Positions 6,001-8,042 of a DNA stretch of 8,042 bases are shown piece by piece. Below the pieces are notes generated by a model. The model worked only from the letters and a program-made list of their open reading frames with translations, did no database searches and was not told the DNA's origin. Both the position numbers and the translations under genes were made by a program. This DNA is from an uncultured archaeon (GTDB lineage Archaea > Iainarchaeota > Iainarchaeia > Iainarchaeales > DATDZZ01): NCBI GenBank assembly GCA_964373795.1, contig CAYJVY010000012.1:27728-35769 (forward strand), in the 5' to 3' direction. Position 1 is the stretch's first letter, and each line of letters starts with the position of its first letter.

Positions 6001-6976
6001 AATAAAGATTTACGATCTAACTGTTGAAGATTCTCATAACTTTATTGCAAATAATATAATTGTTCACAACTCAGAAGACAGAAGTGCAATGCATGAAGCA
6101 ATGGAGCAAGGAAGGGTTTCAGTTGCAAAAGCAGGAATTGTTACTTCATTTAAAACTGATACAAGTGTTTTGGCTGCTGCCAATCCAAAATATTCTCGTT
6201 TCGATCCATACCAATCTTTTTTAGAACAAATTGATTTACCTTCAACTCTTATTTCCAGGTTTGACTTGTTCTTTCCAATTAAAGACGTACTAGATAGAGC
6301 TAAAGATAAAGAAATTGCTTCACACATTCTTGAAACCCATAAAACAGGTGAAATGTTAATTCAATCAAAGCTTAAAGGAAAAAATTTAAGTGAAGAACAA
6401 TCAAAGGAATTGAAAAAAATTATTCCAATAATTGACAACGAGTTATTAAAAAAATTCATTTCATTTGCAAGACAAAATGTTTTTCCTATACTGGAAAAAG
6501 AATCAATTCAAATGATTAGTGAATTCTATATTGATTTAAGAGATCAGGGAAGAAAAGAAGGAGCTTATTCTGCTACTCACAGACAATTAGAAGGACTTGT
6601 AAGATTAAGTGAGGCTTCAGCTAGAGTAAGACTTTCAGACAAAGTTGAATTAGAAGACGTTAAAAGAGCAATTAAATTAGTAAAATATTCATTAGAAGAA
6701 CTTGTAACTGATCCTGAAACAGGAAAAATTGACATTGATATTTTAACTGCAGGAATAACTCATACTCAAATAAGTAATCTTAAATCGGTTTTAAAAATAG
6801 TTAAAGACTTAGCTGAAACACAGGAAATGGTTTCAATTCAAGAAATAATTGACCAAGCAAAATCTGAAGGAATTGGAGAAGAAGAAAAAATTCGTGAATA
6901 TATTTCTACTTTGAAAAAGAAAGGGGAGTTATACGAGCCTCGTCATAACTTCTTAAAACCAACTAGCAAAAAATAA
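68..6976 (+). CDS. mcm: MCM (minichromosome maintenance) replicative helicase precursor, archaeal type, with three in-frame inteins; predicted mature protein 703 aa
   Basis: Single 2302-codon ORF. Extein segments are nt 68-1078 (aa 1-337), 2501-2581 (27 aa), 4193-4306 (38 aa) and 6071-6973 (301 aa). Joined, they give canonical MCM motifs. N-terminal domain has a CxxC...CxC zinc motif (CTKCGN...SICEC). Walker A is IVGDPGMAK|S and Walker B is LALVDEFDKME|SEDRSAMHEAMEQGRVSVAKAGI. Sensor 1 is VLAAANP, the arginine-finger region is LISRFDLFF, and sensor 2 is ATHRQLEGLVRLSEASARVRL. The C-terminal tail looks like a winged helix. Start is TTG at 68: it is the first ATG/GTG/TTG after the in-frame TGA at 20-22, and no in-frame ATG follows for 334 codons. 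Stop is TAA at 6974-6976. Confidence 0.93.
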   Translation: MELNLNSIEREEKENPFISKFEQFFHLRYKKEIEKLASTYPEKKSLNIDFNELERFDFELAEELISNPDYLIDAAKEAVKSIDIPNLGLEIEFTPNIRFYNLPKDREVLLRNIGSEHLGKLISVEGVIRQITDVLPKLKLAVWECTKCGNTYKISQEGQSIKKPSICECKNKEFDLLEDKSFFIDYQKIQIQEPLEKLRGHEQPTTLNIYVSDDLVNKVSAGDKTRFVGVIRLLVPRERKVVYGRFLEAIHLDETEKEFSEVEVSKEEEEQIKELSKNPQIYDILVQSIAPNIYGHEIVKEAIALQLFGGVKKLLPNNTSIRGNIHLLIVGDPGMAKCVSGDTRILLEDGTQTRIDQFVEENLQKNQQFNLEDGVYSNINQFIPTINLDGKISEQKALRVYKRKAPKMYEIKTSTGKKIKGTYTHPLFSCENGKVKAVKISNLKKGDFIAIPRNIKINPAEILLNNEIIKGKTNAAQINLPLKVSKELARILAYIASESHIFDKTNSKYVSFTNVDKELLEDFFTCVKKIFNLNPKIKKREKITTIKLHSTELHNFLKLNAKEVLGKSRDKKIPAIIMNSNDNVVKEFLKAFINAEGSIRKDERGIAIVSASEELLEQLQTLLLRFGIVSSKKAIWNVATNTIKKEKRKYYRIRFAGQFAIDFINKIGFITKRKQEKAKKIILSNKKTNSNIDVIPNLNALLKEIRINLGISQFKTGIARTSFQHYERGDRLPSKKQLGKIVSTFLKEYEQKNLFDKNLEKKLLDLFKLWKSDIFWDKIEEVKEIPSDEWVYDIEVENSHIFITNNMFSHNSALLQATNEIAPKSIYVAGKTSSGVGLCVAPDSLILNDNGFKEIKEFVEENFDKTKSKEEISNAFSNDFCGKAPTLENNLKVTNSEIYKIWKIKAPERMIKIRTMSGKELDLTPNTSLVRIKNDSIEWIKASEITENDFIASSRILPEGEVKNYPTIKVLYGNKNIRIRDNVFTIFKEITDKLLKKYKSVKEIAKKLGISRERIYLWRTKNYSSGIPLHAFVSLGLEAGYSFEELSNHVTKIFLSYGKNVKIPRYIDDEEIAYLAGLVLGDGSIYLTKRSASIRVFNQSEEILKKVDSIVEKTIGAKTEKISDGVRVPNRRIASIPLYTILNAYGIVKEKNKIRISCIASEFSNKVVSKILQGLFDTDGYTAKTKKGSPHIGLRTISKDLAKTVLLCLLKFGIHTKLRLRKVAGRISIGKKITVKSNNNQWIVEIRGKENLEKFEEKIGFNLQRKSNSLREIISAISKSNTNIDVVPQIKETLKELSKTGYAINSTKNISRNKLIELVKKQKTKNNFLKNLSDSDIFWEKVTEKTEFKPEYDFVYDFSVKESHNFIANGIFVHNTASAVKDDFGEGGWTLKAGALVLASGGLALVDEFDKMECLTSDALITLEDGTLKPLKELFIESTLENEVENTVKGKSVKSLENFRVLSMDENGKIIGKKLLKVHEFPYSGKLLKITLESGETLKVTPNHPFFCLNEKSEIKTIKAGFLRKGIFLTLPRIINTFSSQKISNELARVYGYLAGDGNVSWNPNENYFIRFTNKETDLIEDFNECIHKIGFESKFFPSDSKENGVITQRVNGKKLVEEIQFNAPGLIEKYSNKYSPTDLVTSPSTSSNYLKGLFDSEGFVDIKNKQISFSSTSERLTIEVKSLLLRFGILSQIRVRKAEQNRKKSFILRITNQDSIQKFSTFISFTHNRKRKKLEEILQKEKCNRTIINVIPNIGDLLKEIRINLKLKQSECGLIKSTYNNFENNVANISIEKAALVLEKFKEASLKHENELVKEKIKTLETLIDSDLVWRKVKKIEITETSEAKELNHKMINELNKVLDMLRVNEKITKKTSFQELKNIVQKIERKISEIEKCKENSFETLTPLLNEIKLFNISEQEIALKLEVNQSTIHRWLNKEVKTEKLEEKISDAFYKILNSIDLNKVNKVIKKTKLYLEKEIKIYDLTVEDSHNFIANNIIVHNSEDRSAMHEAMEQGRVSVAKAGIVTSFKTDTSVLAAANPKYSRFDPYQSFLEQIDLPSTLISRFDLFFPIKDVLDRAKDKEIASHILETHKTGEMLIQSKLKGKNLSEEQSKELKKIIPIIDNELLKKFISFARQNVFPILEKESIQMISEFYIDLRDQGRKEGAYSATHRQLEGLVRLSEASARVRLSDKVELEDVKRAIKLVKYSLEELVTDPETGKIDIDILTAGITHTQISNLKSVLKIVKDLAETQEMVSIQEIIDQAKSEGIGEEEKIREYISTLKKKGELYEPRHNFLKPTSKK
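500..574 (+). other. Zinc-binding motif of the MCM N-terminal domain
   Basis: Cys codons at 500-502, 509-511, 566-568 and 572-574 give C-x2-C-x18-C-x-C. This position matches the zinc motif of archaeal MCM N-terminal domains. Confidence 0.75.
1529..2100 (+). other. LAGLIDADG homing endonuclease domain of intein 1 (domain ends approximate)
   Basis: Two dodecapeptide motifs: LARILAYIASES (1529-1564) and FLKAFINAEGSI (1829-1864), each with an acidic residue at the catalytic position (Glu). The LLLRFGI motif typical of intein endonucleases follows motif 2. Confidence 0.8.
2168..2302 (+). other. XRE/Cro-C1-like helix-turn-helix module in intein 1, between endonuclease and block F
   Basis: LLKEIRINLGISQFKTGIARTSFQHYERGDRLPSKKQLGKIVSTF matches the XRE HTH pattern: hydrophobic-x-x-x-R, then G-x-S-Q, then a recognition helix, then x-E-R-G-x-R-x-P-S and a trailing helix. 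Confidence 0.6.
3065..3133 (+). other. Small helix-turn-helix in intein 2, between the N-terminal splicing region and the endonuclease
   Basis: SVKEIAKKLGISRERIYLWRTKN fits the common x-x-EIAxKLGxSxxTIxxW three-helix DNA-binding pattern seen in transposase, terminase and resolvase type HTHs. Confidence 0.55.
3281..3890 (+). other. LAGLIDADG homing endonuclease domain of intein 2 (domain ends approximate)
   Basis: Motifs IAYLAGLVLGDGSIY (3281-3325) and ILQGLFDTDGYT (3578-3613), both with the canonical catalytic Asp, followed by LLCLLKFGI. Confidence 0.85.
4706..5290 (+). other. LAGLIDADG homing endonuclease domain of intein 3 (domain ends approximate)
   Basis: Motifs LARVYGYLAGDGNVS (4706-4750) and YLKGLFDSEGFV (5015-5050), with Asp and Glu at the catalytic positions, followed by LLLRFGI. 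Confidence 0.85.
5339..5473 (+). other. XRE-like helix-turn-helix module in intein 3 (more degenerate), same relative position as in intein 1
   Basis: LLKEIRINLKLKQSECGLIKSTYNNFENNVANISIEKAALVLEKF. It shares the identical nonapeptide LLKEIRINL and the upstream VIPN with intein 1, and keeps the F-E-N...I-S-x-E-K-x-x-x-x-L layout. Confidence 0.5.
5810..5881 (+). other. Small helix-turn-helix inside the C-terminal insertion of intein 3
   Basis: ISEQEIALKLEVNQSTIHRWLNKE has the same EIAxKLxxxxSTIxRW pattern as the intein 2 HTH at 3065-3133. Confidence 0.55.
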
Positions 6977-7014
6977 CTTTTTCTTAAAAAGTAAAAACTA
7001 AAAAAATTTTCTTT
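6977..7014. terminator. Intergenic region between convergent genes with oligo-T tracts on both strands (archaeal-type termination signals)
   Basis: On the + strand, T5 at 6978-6982 lies directly after the mcm stop, within a weak hairpin (CTTTTT 6977-6982 pairing with AAAAAG 6986-6991). On the - strand, a T7 (A-run 7001-7007) and a T5 (A-run 6993-6997) follow the transporter stop. Confidence 0.45.
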
Positions 7015-7878
7015 TCAGAAAACAGCAATCAAAAGCACTCCAATAAACATTATTGCTGCACCAATTAATCTGTCCTTAATGTTTTTTTCTTTAAAAAAAA
7101 GCCAGCCAAAAAAAGTGCTAATTAAAGCACTTGTACGCTTGATTGCAATTACATAAACAACTAATGCCATACTCATTGCAATCATTTGAAATACAACTAA
7201 AAAAGACATTGCCAACCCACTAAAAATAATTGGTTTAAAATTTTCTTTAATTTGTGTAACAATGTTTTTTGACTTGAAAAGCATTACTGGAAAAAGCGCA
7301 AGTGTTAGGAAAAGACTTGTAATAATGCCCCAAAAAATTGGAGAAGAGTTTTGAATTCCGATTTTGTCATAAGCAGAACTAATTCCCCAAATAAATGCAA
7401 CAAGCAACATTAGCTTTACCCCTTTATTTTCAACTAATGCTTTTAATGGATTGAGCAAGCCAAGCTTGCCTTGCTTTATATTCAGAATATATGAACCAAT
7501 GACAACAAATATTACTCCAAGTAAACCAAAAAAACTTGGAATTTCATGCGCAATTAAAGGAGTTGTAAAAAGCAGAAAAACTGGAGTAAAATTAAGCATT
7601 GGAATTGCCAAAGACAAGTCAGAAACCTCTAATGCTTTAATGTAAAGAACTGTTGTCAAAGCATTTGTCAAGCCAACTACTACCAAAGCAAACCAAAAAT
7701 CTTTTCCAAATTCAGGAATTGAAGTAAACACAAGCCATGGAAGCAAAAACACAAGGCAAGCAAACCTGAAAGCAAATGCAATTACATATGCATCTGCTTT
7801 CCTAGTTGCTTGTTTTCTAAAAACATCTGCAAAAGAATTAGACAATGCACATAAAAATGAAAAAAAAATCCAAAGCAT
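7015..7878 (-). CDS. EamA-like transporter, drug/metabolite transporter (DMT) superfamily, about 10 predicted TM segments
   Basis: 287-aa ORF that is almost entirely hydrophobic helices separated by short polar or charged loops. It has a two-halves architecture. The C-terminal ...FFKEKNIKDRLIGAAIMFIGVLLIAVF is typical of EamA repeat ends. ATG at 7876-7878 (complement) and TGA at 7015-7017 (complement). Substrate cannot be inferred. Confidence 0.75.
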   Translation of the reverse strand: MLWIFFSFLCALSNSFADVFRKQATRKADAYVIAFAFRFACLVFLLPWLVFTSIPEFGKDFWFALVVVGLTNALTTVLYIKALEVSDLSLAIPMLNFTPVFLLFTTPLIAHEIPSFFGLLGVIFVVIGSYILNIKQGKLGLLNPLKALVENKGVKLMLLVAFIWGISSAYDKIGIQNSSPIFWGIITSLFLTLALFPVMLFKSKNIVTQIKENFKPIIFSGLAMSFLVVFQMIAMSMALVVYVIAIKRTSALISTFFGWLFFKEKNIKDRLIGAAIMFIGVLLIAVF

Positions 7879-7973
7879 TTAATCACATTAAAGATTACTT
7901 AACTGTTTTTATCTAAATCAATAATTAAAATCAATACAAAATAAATAAAAACTAGAGGAAGGTAATTCTAGTA
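7879..7973. promoter_or_regulatory. AT-rich divergent intergenic region, presumably holding promoters for the transporter gene (-) and the partial ORF (+)
   Basis: 95-bp spacer between divergent start codons. It contains several TATA-like A/T runs (for example AAATAAATAAAAA around 7940-7951 and TTTATCTAAATC around 7908-7919). No specific box can be assigned with confidence. Confidence 0.3.
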
Positions 7974-8042
7974 ATGAACAAAAAATTAATTGCTCAATTA
8001 ATTGTAATTTTTTTAATTACTCAAATTCTTGGATTATTTGTT
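7974..8042 (+). CDS. 5' end of an ORF for a membrane-anchored or secreted protein (truncated by window end)
   Basis: ATG at 7974 is the first start after the in-frame TAG at 7953-7955. Translation is MNKKLIAQLIVIFLITQILGLFV: a basic N-terminus followed by a hydrophobic stretch, as in a signal peptide or TM anchor. A purine-rich GAGGAAGG at 7955-7962 is a possible SD. Only 23 codons are visible. Confidence 0.35.
   Translation, partial: MNKKLIAQLIVIFLITQILGLFV

Larger units (their letters stand above)
4307..6070 (+). mobile_element. Intein 3 (588 aa) inserted just after MCM Walker B (DEFDKME / SEDRSAMHEAMEQ); LAGLIDADG endonuclease plus an extra C-terminal insertion
   Basis: Begins with Cys (TGC 4307-4309) in block A CLTSDALITLEDG. 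Block B is GETLKVTPNHPFF. Blocks F/G are IYDLTVEDSHNFIANNIIVHN, ending His-Asn (AAC 6068-6070) with +1 Ser (TCA 6071-6073). Excision restores DEFDKMxxxDRxAxHEAMEQ. Confidence 0.92.

Noticed and set aside
5591-6004. That the extra segment in intein 3 could be a nested fourth intein
   Set aside because: It has no Cys/Ser/Thr-initiated block A, no TxxH block B, no terminal HisAsn plus nucleophile and no LAGLIDADG motifs. It looks like a helical repetitive segment plus HTH domain, not a Hint fold.
1495-6327. Five minus-strand ORFs of 63-90 aa inside the mcm ORF (1495-1719, 2545-2766, 3970-4161, 4186-4458, 6064-6327)
   Set aside because: All lie antisense to a strongly supported coding frame (intein or MCM motifs). 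Their translations are low-complexity F/S/L/K-rich strings, as expected from the reverse complement of K/E/N-rich AT-biased codons. They have no recognisable motifs or start context.
6071-6973. A possible further intein in the C-terminal extein or in the N-terminal domain (68-1078)
   Set aside because: Both segments read as uninterrupted MCM sequence of normal length: the zinc-motif N-terminal domain, then sensor 1, arginine finger, sensor 2 and the tail. The mature length of 703 aa is typical for archaeal MCM.
68-6976. That the 2302-aa ORF could be a novel giant multidomain protein or a gene fusion rather than an intein-containing gene
   Set aside because: Each proposed junction has the full intein signature: Cys1, block A/B, block F/G, terminal HisAsn and a Ser/Thr +1 nucleophile. 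Precise excision rebuilds contiguous universally conserved MCM motifs (GDPGxxKS, SSxxGLTA, DEFDKMxxxDRxAxHEAMEQ).
7451-7645. Plus-strand 64-aa ORF inside the transporter gene
   Set aside because: It is antisense to a convincing 10-TM EamA-like ORF, has no motif or RBS, and is most likely a chance open frame.
1-8042. CRISPR repeats, tRNA/rRNA genes, IS elements or terminal inverted repeats
   Set aside because: Reading both strands showed no regularly spaced direct repeats, cloverleaf-compatible GC-rich segments or transposase-like ORFs. The only mobile elements evident are the inteins.

Overview
Very AT-rich, archaeal-looking locus; the lineage cannot be assigned from the sequence alone. The window is dominated by one 6.9 kb ORF (68-6976, +) that encodes an archaeal MCM replicative helicase precursor. 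It is interrupted in frame by three large inteins, each containing a LAGLIDADG homing endonuclease: 474 aa at nt 1079-2500, 537 aa at nt 2582-4192 and 588 aa at nt 4307-6070. The inteins make up 1599 of 2302 codons (about 69 percent). Removing them restores a canonical 703-aa MCM with Walker A GDPGMAK|S, the SSGVGL|TA segment and Walker B DEFDKME|SEDRSAMHEAMEQ. All three insertions lie within 66 residues of the mature ATPase core. The inteins carry unusual accessory parts. Inteins 1 and 3 have an XRE-like HTH after the endonuclease. A second HTH type sits at different positions in inteins 2 and 3. Intein 3 has a roughly 138-aa insertion (repetitive K/E/I/L-rich segment plus HTH) inside its C-terminal splicing region. 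Intein 2 lacks the nearly universal block B histidine. Downstream is a convergent EamA/DMT-family membrane transporter gene (7015-7878, -). After a 95-bp AT-rich divergent intergenic region, a membrane or secreted protein ORF begins (7974-8042, +, truncated by the window edge). I saw no RNA genes, CRISPR arrays or transposons.
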